A stretch of DNA of 64,000 nt from Kiritimatiellia bacterium (GTDB lineage Bacteria; Verrucomicrobiota; Kiritimatiellia; RFP12; UBA1067), in contig JAEEOY010000274.1 in NCBI GenBank assembly GCA_016284515.1, positions 14,738 through 78,737 of the forward strand, given 5' to 3'. This document shows positions 8,637 through 18,138 of the stretch, piece by piece. The translations under genes were made by a program, and so were the position numbers. Each line of letters starts with the position of its first letter. The first letter of the stretch is position 1. The notes under the pieces are model-generated. The model saw nothing but the letters and a program-made list of their open reading frames with translations, was not told the DNA's origin and ran no database searches.

Positions 8637-11600
8637 TTAGATGTTTACCACCGTCCAGCCGCTCGGGCACGCGTCCACTCCTCTGGATATAGTCTCGTCT
8701 GTGCCGAGAGCGGCGGGACACTTGAATGTTCCCCCCGTCGGAACGTTTGTCATCCATCCTTGCGTCGCGCCGTTCTGAAATGCGCTAAACCGCACCTCAA
8801 CCTCGTTGAGCGAGGTGCAACCGCTAAACATAAACCTATAAGCATAGGCTGTCGGAGATATAGCATACAGAATGGGCGCTTTGGTCAGCGAGGTGCAACC
8901 GGAGAACATAGATTCGCAACAGTAGTTAGCCGTTCCCGTAGCTGATATCTCCGGGGCAACTGACAACGATGTACAACCGTTAAACATACCTCTGTAGCAA
9001 TATTGCGCAAGAGTAGTTGCGGGAAGAATTTCGGGAGCTCGTGACAATGCCGTGCAAGCTTGGAACATCCCGTAATAGCAATAGCTATACAATGTCGTTG
9101 CGGGCAACGCGGGCGCGCTCGTAAGCGTGCGGCACCCGGCGAACAGAAAACAGAAACTGTATCCCATTGCGTTCTTGGCGTCGCTGTGCCCCTTAGTCTG
9201 ATTAACTATACTTGCAATATTGCCTTTGGCCGCGACACGGCCTGTTATGACAAATGAGCGATACAATGTTAGGCTCGAGGAGAAATATTTGTTCGACCTA
9301 CCGCTTTGTGCCCGAAAATATACGCAATCCCCCACATTGGGCATGGAAATGGCGTCACTATAAGCCCAGACGGAATAAGGTTTCCACGTTATGCCATCCG
9401 TTGAATATTCAAGGTATATTGTCTGCAATGTGCCGCCGCTTCCAATGTTGATTAGTTTGACGGTTGCATTGGGTTCTTCCGCCTCAAAAGTAAGCCCCCA
9501 GTACGGCACGCGCTCGCCTTCCATCTTTACCGCCGACGTGTCGAACTCATTGGCCGCGACCTCGCGCACCGTGAAAAGCCACGTCTCGCCGCTTGGTATC
9601 GTCTGGTCGAGCCCATCGCCGTATATCATCCAACCCGTTTGAAGGTTGAATGTTATAGCGCCCGTATTCCCTGCCGTGTTCGTGATTAGCACCTGGAATT
9701 CACGCGCCTTGCCCGAGACTGCCGCAGGGAAAGATAGCGATATGTCCGCTGTGTTGTCAGCCGTCGGGACAATCCTGTTCATCGTGCGGTCTGCGAGTGT
9801 GGCGGACGCCGTGATTGTCTGTCCGATGGCATATCTGCCCGCACCGTCAACGGCGGTTTTCACGCCGCCGCTCGTTATGAGCTTCTGCGAGTTGGCGGTC
9901 GGGGTAGTGTCAACAGCCGCCGAAGCAATGGCGTTCCTTGACACCGTGCCGTCAAGAATCAGCGCTCCGGGCAGCTTGCGGTTTCCGTCGAGAAGGACCG
10001 TCGATCCAATCTGCACGCTGTTGGCCGTCCCGTTCGTTCCGGGGCCAATCTGCACCGCGCCGTCGACGGTTACTTTGGCATTGTGTCCGATTGCTATGCC
10101 TTCGCCGTTTGTTCCCCCTACCTCCGCGTGTGCGCCGATTGCGACGCCCGGCTTGGTCGCGTGCGCTTGGAAGCCTATGGCCGTGCCGTCTGTGACCGCC
10201 GTCGCCGCCAGTCCTTCGGCGTGTCCGTATGCCGCCGCCGTCGCACCGTTGCCTATTGCTAGAGCCTGCGTTCCCGTGGTTGTCGTGTTGCTTCCGATGG
10301 CCAGCGCGTTGTCCGCCTGTACATTTGCGTTTGGACCTATCGCCAGCGCGTTGTCGCCGCCCGCCGTCGCGCTGTTGCCGATTGCCATTGTCCCCGACCC
10401 GCCTATGGTCGTGTCTTTGCCAATGTCGATATAGTTTGTCGCGCCCTGTGACACGGTCTTGGAGCCGCCGCCGATTGATACGGGATCCGCCGCCTTGTCG
10501 AGCTTGCCATACCGCAGTGTATCGAGCGCGTCGGAGACTGTACACGCCGAGAATGACGCCGCGCTTCCCTGTCCCTCCAAAACGCAACGCATAAGCACAC
10601 CGTTGACTAATGCCAACTGTCCAACGGTGTAATATGCCCCGCCCTGCGGATATGCTAAGTCTTCGATAACGGAGAAATGCCCACCTGCATTCGGGACCGC
10701 GCCCAACGACGGGAGTTGCACGCGCTTGGTAACGCCGCCGTCGCCGTAGAGCGTCACGCCGTCGGAATCAACCGTATACTTGACTGTTTCGCCGTTGAGC
10801 ATTCGGACGGTGCCCGTGATGTCGCCGCCCGTCTTGCCTATAAGGTCAAGATTGGCCGCCGTCTTGTTGCCTGTGAGGGTAACGCCGTTGACCTGCGGCT
10901 TGTTGCTCAGAGCCGCGTAATCGTTGGTTTCAATGGGATATTGTGCTTCCCATTGTCCGACAGTCTCGCCATCTGCGACAGCGTAGATATAGCGATATTC
11001 CGCACCGTCATGGGTCTCGTCGTCGAGAACTACCGCGTAGTCGTTGCGCGTCGGCGTCCTGACAACTCCGCCCGAGTATACGGTCTGAGCGTTAATCAGG
11101 TCGGCACGGGTCGGGAACGCCGCGCCCTGCGCCGTATACGTGATGTAGTACGCCGCGATCTTGTCTATGGCCGCGTCAGTCTGTGCCGCCGTGTAGTAGT
11201 TTTCCGCGAGGTTGTCCGCAAGTTCCGAAAGGCTCTCCGTGATATTGCCAATAGTCGCCGCCGAAAATCCTACCCATGCCGTTCCGTTGTACAGTTTGAG
11301 GTCGCCGCCAAACGGCGCGACGTCACCCTTCTTTACGGGATCTGGTGCCGTGTCGAAGTATTTGAGCTGATATGACACCGTTCCCGGCTGCACCTTCATG
11401 TCGCGGGTATATACCGCAAAATCGGCAATGCCGAGAATGTAGGATGTAATGGGGTCGCCGTTCTCGTCTATGCCGTCTGCGAGTATCGAGAAGCCGCTCT
11501 TTACCCGTCCGCTCGTCTCCGTTGCGGGTAGCGTTGCCGTCCATACGCCCTCCGCGCCGACGCTCGCCTCTACCGTGACATTCGAGCCGTCGGGATACTG

Positions 11601-11756
11601 CGCGTTGACATATACTTTCGTGATGTGCCAGCTTCCGACAGAAGCGGGGACGCGGCGGATGAATGCAGTTGACGCGCTGCCGACAATCGCCGTAGCTTCG
11701 AAGAGCGGAAGTTCTGGATGCGCCGCATTGAGTTGAACGGTAAAACTGCGTATCAT
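8637..11756 (-). CDS. Tail fibre or spike protein with YadA-like head repeats and a C-terminal BspA-type leucine-rich-repeat domain.
   Basis: Real start is ATG 11756 with SD AAGGAG 7 nt upstream; the ORF-track start at 11828 is probably too far upstream. The middle carries repeated ALAIG(N/S)xAxA motifs like the Hep_Hag head repeats of trimeric autotransporters. The C-terminal ~170 aa carry repeated FxGCxSLxxAPxL motifs like BspA-like LRRs. Confidence 0.6.
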   Translation of the reverse strand: MIRSFTVQLNAAHPELPLFEATAIVGSASTAFIRRVPASVGSWHITKVYVNAQYPDGSNVTVEASVGAEGVWTATLPATETSGRVKSGFSILADGIDENGDPITSYILGIADFAVYTRDMKVQPGTVSYQLKYFDTAPDPVKKGDVAPFGGDLKLYNGTAWVGFSAATIGNITESLSELADNLAENYYTAAQTDAAIDKIAAYYITYTAQGAAFPTRADLINAQTVYSGGVVRTPTRNDYAVVLDDETHDGAEYRYIYAVADGETVGQWEAQYPIETNDYAALSNKPQVNGVTLTGNKTAANLDLIGKTGGDITGTVRMLNGETVKYTVDSDGVTLYGDGGVTKRVQLPSLGAVPNAGGHFSVIEDLAYPQGGAYYTVGQLALVNGVLMRCVLEGQGSAASFSACTVSDALDTLRYGKLDKAADPVSIGGGSKTVSQGATNYIDIGKDTTIGGSGTMAIGNSATAGGDNALAIGPNANVQADNALAIGSNTTTTGTQALAIGNGATAAAYGHAEGLAATAVTDGTAIGFQAHATKPGVAIGAHAEVGGTNGEGIAIGHNAKVTVDGAVQIGPGTNGTANSVQIGSTVLLDGNRKLPGALILDGTVSRNAIASAAVDTTPTANSQKLITSGGVKTAVDGAGRYAIGQTITASATLADRTMNRIVPTADNTADISLSFPAAVSGKAREFQVLITNTAGNTGAITFNLQTGWMIYGDGLDQTIPSGETWLFTVREVAANEFDTSAVKMEGERVPYWGLTFEAEEPNATVKLINIGSGGTLQTIYLEYSTDGITWKPYSVWAYSDAISMPNVGDCVYFRAQSGRSNKYFSSSLTLYRSFVITGRVAAKGNIASIVNQTKGHSDAKNAMGYSFCFLFAGCRTLTSAPALPATTLYSYCYYGMFQACTALSRAPEILPATTLAQYCYRGMFNGCTSLSVAPEISATGTANYCCESMFSGCTSLTKAPILYAISPTAYAYRFMFSGCTSLNEVEVRFSAFQNGATQGWMTNVPTGGTFKCPAALGTDETISRGVDACPSGWTVVNI

Positions 11757-11767
11757 GGTTTTTCTCC

Positions 11768-12271
11768 TTAGTTCAAATAGTCTGATAGTGAGTCGGGCTC
11801 GAGGTATTCCACGTAGAACGTAGCCCATTCGAGCGGGAAGTGAGAGATGTCATTTTCTTCGCGGCGTATCCTGTTGACGATTGCCCCCGCGTTGCAGTTG
11901 CGCACAATCACCAGTATGATGTCGCGCAACTCCTCCACGATTGCGTTCCCGCCGTTTAGGGTGAGGCCGTTCGCCGTGTCCGTCCGCTCCGTGACAACAT
12001 TTGTGATGACCTTCTCGCCGCCTTCGCCCTTGACGAGTCCGCCGATGACGATGCGCACGGTGAAAAGGTCGTCCTCCTTCGTGGCCTCGTTTTCCTCGCG
12101 CGGCGAAAGCCAGCAGAAAGGCGCGTCCCTCTCGCCGGGCACGGCGGCGGCGTATGCCCCTACATGGACCGCGAGACCGCGCCCGAAATGTTCTACGCAG
12201 AACTCCCGCACCGCTTCGCTTTCGGCTATCGCAGTCGCCGCGTTGTTCATAATCTGTCGATGCGCCGTCAT
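11768..12271 (-). CDS. Phage hypothetical structural protein of 167 aa.
   Basis: Start chosen at ATG 12271 with SD GAAGGAGGGGAGGG upstream. It overlaps the stop of the upstream 80-aa gene in an ATGA arrangement. The ORF-track N-terminal extension to 12394 is probably spurious. Confidence 0.45.
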   Translation of the reverse strand: MTAHRQIMNNAATAIAESEAVREFCVEHFGRGLAVHVGAYAAAVPGERDAPFCWLSPREENEATKEDDLFTVRIVIGGLVKGEGGEKVITNVVTERTDTANGLTLNGGNAIVEELRDIILVIVRNCNAGAIVNRIRREENDISHFPLEWATFYVEYLEPDSLSDYLN

Positions 12272-12510
12272 TTCGCCCTCCCCTCCTTCGCCGCCTGTCT
12301 GTCCGCGAGATTTTGCACGCTTCTGAAAAGCGCAAGTGCTTCCTGTTCCTTTTCCGCTTCGCGAGCCGCAGACGAGAGGAACGGAAGGCACCACGACGCG
12401 AGATTGTCAGCGCGTCCTGGTATCTCCTTCGGTTCGCCCGCCAGTATCTTGACAAGCGCGAATAGCAAAGTGAGGATGTCGGACAGCGCAAGCGGAAGCC
12501 ATACACCCAT
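12268..12510 (-). CDS. Phage small protein of 80 aa.
   Basis: ATGA overlap with the downstream gene and SD GAGGGGG upstream. The overlapping 226-aa Arg-rich ORF at 11850..12530 is judged spurious. Confidence 0.4.
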   Translation of the reverse strand: MGVWLPLALSDILTLLFALVKILAGEPKEIPGRADNLASWCLPFLSSAAREAEKEQEALALFRSVQNLADRQAAKEGRAK

Positions 12511-12569
12511 AGTCCGCGCCCCCTCGTCAAGGAACGCCGCCGTTGTAGTCTCGCCGCCTTCGCTCCGGC

Positions 12570-12851
12570 TTACGAAAGCAGCCCAATAAAATTTGAGAGC
12601 GGACTCCCCTCTGGAACGCCCGCCAGTTCCTTCGCGAGTTTCTGCAACTGCGGGAGCGAGAGCGCGGTCGCGTCGATAGGCTTTCCGTCAGCACCCGTGC
12701 AATGGTCGGCAATCAGCCGCGTATAAGCCTCCTCGATGCACTCCTTCCCCTCCGCGAAAATCGCGCGGTTGGAGCGGAGTTCCGAAACGGTAAGGCGTCG
12801 CACCTTGACCGTTTCGTCTCCGAGGGTAACGTCTACGGTATCGCAGAACAT
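12570..12851 (-). CDS. Phage small protein of 93 aa; possible head-tail or assembly protein.
   Basis: SD AAGGGG upstream. It sits 13 nt after the stop of the upstream gene. Confidence 0.45.
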   Translation of the reverse strand: MFCDTVDVTLGDETVKVRRLTVSELRSNRAIFAEGKECIEEAYTRLIADHCTGADGKPIDATALSLPQLQKLAKELAGVPEGSPLSNFIGLLS

Positions 12852-12863
12852 AGCCGCCGCCCC

Positions 12864-13268
12864 TTATGCCTGTGCTGTCGAGCCGTCCGGGCGGAAGGTG
12901 ACGTCGTATGTCGCTTTCCTGTCGCTGCTCGCGTCGATGGACGGCGGGGCGACCTTCGTGACAATCGCCTTCGCGTAGGATACCGTTGCGGAGACGTCCG
13001 TTCCGCCGTTTTCCAAAGTCACCGCAATCGAGAGAGCCGCCGGGGCCGCGTCCGCCGTTATGTCTCCCGTTCCCTTCTGGTAAAGGGTAATCGTGAACTC
13101 GTCGATCTCCTTCAACGCGCCCGTGATGAACTGCTTGACCGAATCCGAGAGCGCGGTAGTCTCCACCGCCTCTTTCGTCTCCGCCGCCATTGCGGGACCG
13201 CTTGCCATGTCATACGTCGCGCCGCCGAAAGTCAGCACCGCGCTTTTGACTGCGTATCTGTTTGCCAT
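12864..13268 (-). CDS. Phage structural protein of 134 aa; candidate head-tail adaptor or tail tube protein.
   Basis: Lies between the capsid and fibre genes. Ala/Thr-rich and predicted beta-rich. Confidence 0.4.
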   Translation of the reverse strand: MANRYAVKSAVLTFGGATYDMASGPAMAAETKEAVETTALSDSVKQFITGALKEIDEFTITLYQKGTGDITADAAPAALSIAVTLENGGTDVSATVSYAKAIVTKVAPPSIDASSDRKATYDVTFRPDGSTAQA

Positions 13269-13349
13269 TGTTTTTCCCTCCTGTTGAAGGTTGATAAAAC
13301 GGCGTGAAGCGGCGAGCCAAGATACACCGCTTCACGCCTTGACCGATGA

Positions 13350-14270
13350 TTAGGCCGTGACAATCTGCAGGTAGCCCGGCGCGCCGTTAGAAGACTGCTT
13401 CGAGAGAGCCGCGCCCCAGAGGGCGTCAGCCGTCCACGAGCACTTTCCGTTGCACGCGTCCACCACCGTGCGGAAGCCGAGCGAGAAGCCCGTCGCCTCG
13501 TCGGTAGCCGTAGAGAACTCAATCAGTCCGCCGCCCTCGCGAACGGGCGTGACTATGCGGTTCGCCGTGGCGATTGCACCCTCCGGGACAACGAAACCGA
13601 TTCCGTTGTTCGCGGACGCGCCAGAAGCCGCAGACGCATTCGGCGCGGGCACGACGGCCTTGAATCCGAGGAACTCGCCTATCATCCCCGACCGCAGAAT
13701 CTGGTCGTCGCCAATCACGTAGGCGGGAAGGACGGCGAGAAGCGCCGCGTAAGCCGTGGGCGTGAGAAGAAGCACGCACTGGCGCGGGTCGTATCCTGCC
13801 GCGACAACCTTCCCCCAGATTGCCGTGAAGTCCGCAAGGGCGGCGTAGGTCGCCTGTGTGATTGCGGCGTCGCGGTTGGCATAGGTGAGAAGCCCCATGA
13901 TGGACTGAACGGCGTACTTGCCGACCGCCTCCGCCGCCTTCGGGCCGAACTTGGACCAGCACGGCGCGAACTCGTTTTCAAGGGCCTGCCTGTCCGATAC
14001 CGTGAAGGTGCTCTTCCTGTGGGTCGAGAGCGTCACGGTAGCGGGCGCGATCTGATTCGTCGAGTGGCAGTAGTTCTTCCCGTTGTCGGGGTCGAAGTCC
14101 TCCGAGTCGGACGAAAGCACCTCCACCGCGATTGCGGAGAACTTTTCGCCGTTCTGCGGCGCGTAGTTGGTCGAGAACAGCTTGGTGAACTCGACAAACG
14201 GCTTGATTGCCAGAATGCACTTGTCAGCAGCCGCGACAAGTCCGGCGTTTGCACTAACTGATGTTGCCAT
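13350..14270 (-). CDS. Major capsid protein, HK97-like by position and size.
   Basis: 306-aa ORF directly downstream of the prohead protease/scaffold gene in the canonical portal-protease-capsid order. Confidence 0.5.
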   Translation of the reverse strand: MATSVSANAGLVAAADKCILAIKPFVEFTKLFSTNYAPQNGEKFSAIAVEVLSSDSEDFDPDNGKNYCHSTNQIAPATVTLSTHRKSTFTVSDRQALENEFAPCWSKFGPKAAEAVGKYAVQSIMGLLTYANRDAAITQATYAALADFTAIWGKVVAAGYDPRQCVLLLTPTAYAALLAVLPAYVIGDDQILRSGMIGEFLGFKAVVPAPNASAASGASANNGIGFVVPEGAIATANRIVTPVREGGGLIEFSTATDEATGFSLGFRTVVDACNGKCSWTADALWGAALSKQSSNGAPGYLQIVTA

Positions 14271-14294
14271 GATTTTTATCCTTTCGGAATGTGG

Positions 14295-15380
14295 TTACTT
14301 GATTTTCCCCGCGCGCTTCTGTGCGCGGAGTTTCTCCCTCTCCGCCGCCGTGGTCGCCGCCTTCATTTTTTCGGCGTAGGTCGATCCGACTTCGGGAGGT
14401 GTCAGCACCCCGGCCGTAAGCAGGTCGCGGGTATTTTCGAGCTGCGCCGCCTTGTCCTCTGCGGCCTTGAGACTGTCGCGGGTCTCCGCGAGGTCTGCGG
14501 TCGCCTTCTGGAGGGCGTTCTCGCTCTCTTCGAGCTTTGCGGAAAGCTCGCTCACCTTCGCCTTTGCGTCCGTGAGGTCTTTCTCGCTTGCTTCGAGCTT
14601 ACTCTTGAAATCGTCTCGTTCGGCGGTAATCGCGGCAATCTGCGCCTTGAACTCGTCCGCCTGTGCGGTCTTGTCCGCTTCGGAAGCCGCCTTGAGGTCG
14701 TTGAACTTCTTGGAAAGCCCCTTGAACCGCGCCTCCCAGTTATCGCCGCCTGTCGCGCCCTGTGGCGCGTTTCTTTCGGGGGCCTTGTCGTGATACTCCA
14801 TAAGCGCGCGGGCCGCTTCTGGGGCCTTGTCGTATGCCCTGCGCGTGAGGGAAGCCGCCGCCCTCAATTCGCCGCCGTAGTCCTCCACGGTGAAGCCGTA
14901 GTCAGCCGCCTCTTCGCGGGGTATCCACGTCTCCTCGTCCATGTAGCCCTTCACCTCGTCGGCGGTCTTCGTGTTCTTGGACATATAGAAGCCGAGAATG
15001 CTGTCGCGCATCTTGTCGAGCGTGTCGGCGTCCTTGCGCAACTCCTCCGCATTGCCCGAAGTGTAGGTCCACGGGTTGTGAATCATGAGGAACGAGCCTT
15101 CGCCCATCTTGATGCTCTTGGCCGCGCAGGCGATTGCGGAAGCCATAGAAGCGGCGATGCCGAGGACATTGCAGGTAGTCTCGCCGGGATATTTCTTGAT
15201 TGCGTTGCATATCGCAAGCCCGCCCGTCACGCTGCCGCCGTAAGAATTGATGTTGAACTCCACCGCTTCGCCCTTCGCGTCCGCGAGGAAGTCCACTATC
15301 TGCTTGGGCGTGACTTCGGACTCGTACCACCGCTCCGTCTCGCCGCCGATTATGTCGCCGAAGATGTTGAATGTCTTCAT
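14295..15380 (-). CDS. Prohead protease of the ClpP/S14 family fused to a C-terminal scaffold-like coiled-coil domain.
   Basis: The N-terminus NSYGGSVTGGLAICNAI...GIAASMASAI...FLMIHNP matches the ClpP fold, including the Ser-containing motif. The C-terminal 170 aa are an Ala/Glu/Lys-rich coiled coil typical of scaffold proteins. Confidence 0.7.
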   Translation of the reverse strand: MKTFNIFGDIIGGETERWYESEVTPKQIVDFLADAKGEAVEFNINSYGGSVTGGLAICNAIKKYPGETTCNVLGIAASMASAIACAAKSIKMGEGSFLMIHNPWTYTSGNAEELRKDADTLDKMRDSILGFYMSKNTKTADEVKGYMDEETWIPREEAADYGFTVEDYGGELRAAASLTRRAYDKAPEAARALMEYHDKAPERNAPQGATGGDNWEARFKGLSKKFNDLKAASEADKTAQADEFKAQIAAITAERDDFKSKLEASEKDLTDAKAKVSELSAKLEESENALQKATADLAETRDSLKAAEDKAAQLENTRDLLTAGVLTPPEVGSTYAEKMKAATTAAEREKLRAQKRAGKIK

Positions 15381-17137
15381 GATTTGTTGTTCTCCTGTTC
15401 GTTTGGCGACACCGTGCCGCCGTTGCTCGAAATGATGCCGCCCGAAACTGTCTGCAGTCGCGGGTCGGGTATGCCGTTGGCCGTCGCGAACTGTATCTCC
15501 TCCGCCGTTTCCAGAAGTTTCCGCTTCCAGTCGGGACCGAGGGTTTCATGGTAGTTGCGCGTGAGGTTTTTAAGACCCAGCCCGATTGCGTTCTGCTCGT
15601 CCACGGGATTTAGGGCGCGCTCTATCGGATGCTGCCACTTGACGCACGTCCGCTTCCAGTCGGCGGGAAGTGCCGCATCCTGCGGTATCTCGCCGCGAGA
15701 CTGCGCACGCCGCGCCCAGTTGGCGAGCGCCCAGTCGAGGAAAGCGACTTCAAGGCGGTGGAACTCCACGCGGAACTGCGTCTGCGCAAGTATCATCTCC
15801 GCCATAGCCGCCGAATACGAGTTGTCAGCCTTGCCTGTCGCGAAAAGCGAGGTCAGCCCCGCCGCATACGCCGCGCCGCTGTGAAGCCACCGCGAGAACT
15901 CGACAAGCTTGTCGTTCGGGTGTTCCGCGCTGATTGCCTCGAACTTGCAGCCGGGGGGAAGCACGTCGTAAATCGTGCCGAGACTGGCTATGGAATCTAT
16001 GTCGAGCCGCTGCTGTTCTATCTCCTCCGCAATCGGATCCGACTCCGCGCCGTCAGCGTCCACCGCAACGGGGGCGACTGCGTCGGGGTCAAGCTCCGCC
16101 GCAAGCTCGCCCTCCCCCGTCTCGCCGTCCTGTTGCGTGACCTGTCCGATTATCTGCGCGTTCCGCTTGGACGCCTGTACCTCGAACCCCTGCAGGTCCG
16201 CGCCGTCGGAAATTGTCGCGAGTCCGCTCCATAGCGGAGACGAGCCGCGCATCTGATTGACGCGGCGGAAATTCCGAATCATGTTAAACTGGCAATCAGT
16301 CCACCGCAGTCCTGCGGGTTTAATCAAGGTCCACGCGGCGCGCCGTCCGTCCGCTCCGAATAGCCTGTATTCGCTCTCGCCGCGTTGCGCCCAGCTAACG
16401 ATTACGCCGACGGTTTTCCCGTTCTCGTCCTTGATAATGCCCTGATGTTGCGTGCAGCCGGGAAAAGCCGCCTTGAACTCGCTCTCGCTGATATTGCCGA
16501 CGCAATCCGGCTCAAATGTGATAATCTGCCCCGAATCCCTGCGCGTGACGCGCCAGTCGTAGACCACGACAAGGTCGCCGCCGACGTAGAGGGTTCGGAG
16601 AACAAGCCGCAGAAGGGACTGGAGGTCTAAATCGTCGAAATACTCCGCCTCTTGACACCATTCAGCGAAAGCGCGGTGTATGATTTCCTGTTCGCGCTCA
16701 TAGCCTGTCGGAAATGCGAATATGGCCTTTCCGCCGACATCCCCAATCACATTATTGCACAGCTGATTGAGAATGCCCTCCATGTGTTCGGAATTGCGCT
16801 CCGTGTTCCGAGCGAGGGCTATGAGCCTATTTCGTTCCGATGCCGTCAACTGCGTAAGCTCGCCGCCTGTTTCCGCCGTAGTCCAGCGGCGGTTCAACTG
16901 GTCGGGACCCCATACAGTCTTATAGCCGCCGCGTCCAAAGAATCCGCCGAGCCGCAGCCCTTTCAGAATGTGCCGAGCCGCCCTCATGCGTAGAGCCACG
17001 GGAAGCGCGTTGTACGGCGTCGCGGCGTTTACCCTAACATTGGCCGCCTTGTCCGTGCGGCGCGCCTCTACGGCTCTTGTCGCGCGCCCTGCGCGGCTTG
17101 ATGCAACAGTCTTTGTTTTCGCCTTCGCCATTACCAC
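15377..17137 (-). CDS. Portal protein.
   Basis: 586 aa, placed between the terminase side and the protease. Its start overlaps the stop of the upstream small gene and its stop overlaps the protease start, which is typical portal context. Confidence 0.55.
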   Translation of the reverse strand: MVMAKAKTKTVASSRAGRATRAVEARRTDKAANVRVNAATPYNALPVALRMRAARHILKGLRLGGFFGRGGYKTVWGPDQLNRRWTTAETGGELTQLTASERNRLIALARNTERNSEHMEGILNQLCNNVIGDVGGKAIFAFPTGYEREQEIIHRAFAEWCQEAEYFDDLDLQSLLRLVLRTLYVGGDLVVVYDWRVTRRDSGQIITFEPDCVGNISESEFKAAFPGCTQHQGIIKDENGKTVGVIVSWAQRGESEYRLFGADGRRAAWTLIKPAGLRWTDCQFNMIRNFRRVNQMRGSSPLWSGLATISDGADLQGFEVQASKRNAQIIGQVTQQDGETGEGELAAELDPDAVAPVAVDADGAESDPIAEEIEQQRLDIDSIASLGTIYDVLPPGCKFEAISAEHPNDKLVEFSRWLHSGAAYAAGLTSLFATGKADNSYSAAMAEMILAQTQFRVEFHRLEVAFLDWALANWARRAQSRGEIPQDAALPADWKRTCVKWQHPIERALNPVDEQNAIGLGLKNLTRNYHETLGPDWKRKLLETAEEIQFATANGIPDPRLQTVSGGIISSNGGTVSPNEQENNKS

Positions 17138-17418
17138 ATCCCTCCGCTACGGACAGTCAAGACGTGGCGAATACCCGTCGCATTCGGCCATGAAGCAAGC
17201 GCCATGTTGATTTCCTGTACCCGCATCGCGTAGTGGGCGCGGAGCTTGAGAAGCTTCTCGACGTCTTGATGGGTGTACGATTGCGAGCCGCCGCCCGCCG
17301 ACAGACTGGCGGAAGCCGTCCCGCTCGTCGCGATTTCTTGGCAACATCTGTCTATCTCCGTTATCCAGAAAAGATAGCGGTTCTTGACCTTGATACGATT
17401 TGCACGGGCCTTCGTCAT
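17131..17418 (-). CDS. Small head-completion or gpW-like protein; first gene of the late operon.
   Basis: 95 aa, immediately upstream of the portal. Preceded by an extended -10 (TGaTAGAAT) 6 nt before its ATG. Confidence 0.4.
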   Translation of the reverse strand: MTKARANRIKVKNRYLFWITEIDRCCQEIATSGTASASLSAGGGSQSYTHQDVEKLLKLRAHYAMRVQEINMALASWPNATGIRHVLTVRSGGMW

Positions 17419-17424
17419 GCCCGC

Positions 17425-17433
17425 ATTCTATCA
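17425..17433 (-). promoter_or_regulatory. Late-operon promoter: extended -10 TGaTAGAAT placed for a leaderless start, flanked by palindromic operator-like motifs.
   Basis: The minus strand reads aaaTGaTAGAATgcgggcATG. Upstream are the palindromes TATACATGTATA, ATTACA-N5-TGTAAT and TTGCCCCATAGGGGCAA. Confidence 0.4.
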
Positions 17434-17520
17434 TTTATACATGTATAGTAATTACATTTTTTGTAATTCATTGCCCCTATGGGGCAACTATCGCATTTTA
17501 AGGGCTGAAAGCCTGTTTTT

Positions 17521-17775
17521 TCCGCAGTCGCGGCAAGCGAGAGCTAAACGCCGCGCGACAGCAACGACAAGGGGGCTGGAAGCGCGAGATTTCCGAGCCA
17601 TATAAATATATGGCTTGACCCCTAAAAACCCCGTGACGGCGAAATGACCTAAAATGCCACGACACGCACGGAAACGCCCCTTCCTGCGCTCGATTTCAAG
17701 TCCTATACTTGATATGGGAAGGCCCCTAAAAACCTCGTCAGCGCAAAATTACATTTCCTGTAATGGTATACATGC
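17521..17775. repeat. Repeat element A, one copy of a noncoding element family (A, B and C) carrying the conserved box CCTTCCTGCGCTCGATTTC in about 2 units.
   Basis: gcacggaaacgccccttcctgcgctcgatttcaagtcc and a diverged or inverted first unit. Near-identical units occur at 28121-28395 and a partial one at 22740-22845. Confidence 0.6.
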
Positions 17776-17785
17776 ATAAATCGCA

Positions 17786-17938
17786 CTACCCTTCACGGTA
17801 GACGATGACCTCATGCTTACCGCATTGAGCGCACTTGACATAGACACGGCGGACACCCTTATAGGTCCGTGTCGAATACTTCCGCCACGGTTGCCACTTC
17901 CCGCACTCCGGGCACTTCTCAATTTTTCGGATAATCAC
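17786..17938 (-). CDS. Zinc-ribbon mini-protein paralog 1 (Cys4, 50 aa). Not in the ORF track because it uses a GTG start.
   Basis: Manual translation gives V/M-IIRKIEKCPECGKWQPWRKYSTRTYKGVRRVYVKCAQCGKHEVIVYREG. The GTG start overlaps the stop of paralog 2 (GTGA). SD AGGAGG is upstream. The CxxC-N21-CxxC spacing resembles Ogr/Delta-type late activators. Confidence 0.45.
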   Translation of the reverse strand: MIIRKIEKCPECGKWQPWRKYSTRTYKGVRRVYVKCAQCGKHEVIVYREG

Positions 17939-18138
17939 GCCGCACCTCCTTTGCACACATCCATCATCTTCTGAAAACAGTCAGCGCACACGTCATATTC
18001 ATGCCACTCGCCCGATTCGGTAGAATATGATTTTTTCCAGAAGCGAAGCCGCGCGCCGCTCGATAACCACTTGAAGCGGGTTGGCTTGATTTCCTTTTGG
18101 CAGATGTCGCAGATGGTCTTTCGTTCAATGATTTTCAT
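17935..18138 (-). CDS. Zinc-ribbon mini-protein paralog 2 (Cys4, 67 aa).
   Basis: ICDICQKEIKPTRFKW...YDVCADCFQKM follows the same pattern as paralogs 1 and 3. Its start overlaps the terminase stop. Confidence 0.5.
   Translation of the reverse strand: MKIIERKTICDICQKEIKPTRFKWLSSGARLRFWKKSYSTESGEWHEYDVCADCFQKMMDVCKGGAA

Noticed and set aside
9646-10434. 262-aa plus-strand ORF inside the fibre gene, plus the 421-aa ORF at 14289..15554
   Set aside because: Antisense to well-supported phage structural genes (fibre, ClpP protease). No RBS.
11850-12530. 226-aa Arg-rich minus-strand ORF
   Set aside because: Overlaps two better-supported genes (11768..12271 and 12268..12510) that show SD sequences and an ATGA overlap. 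Poly-Arg composition.
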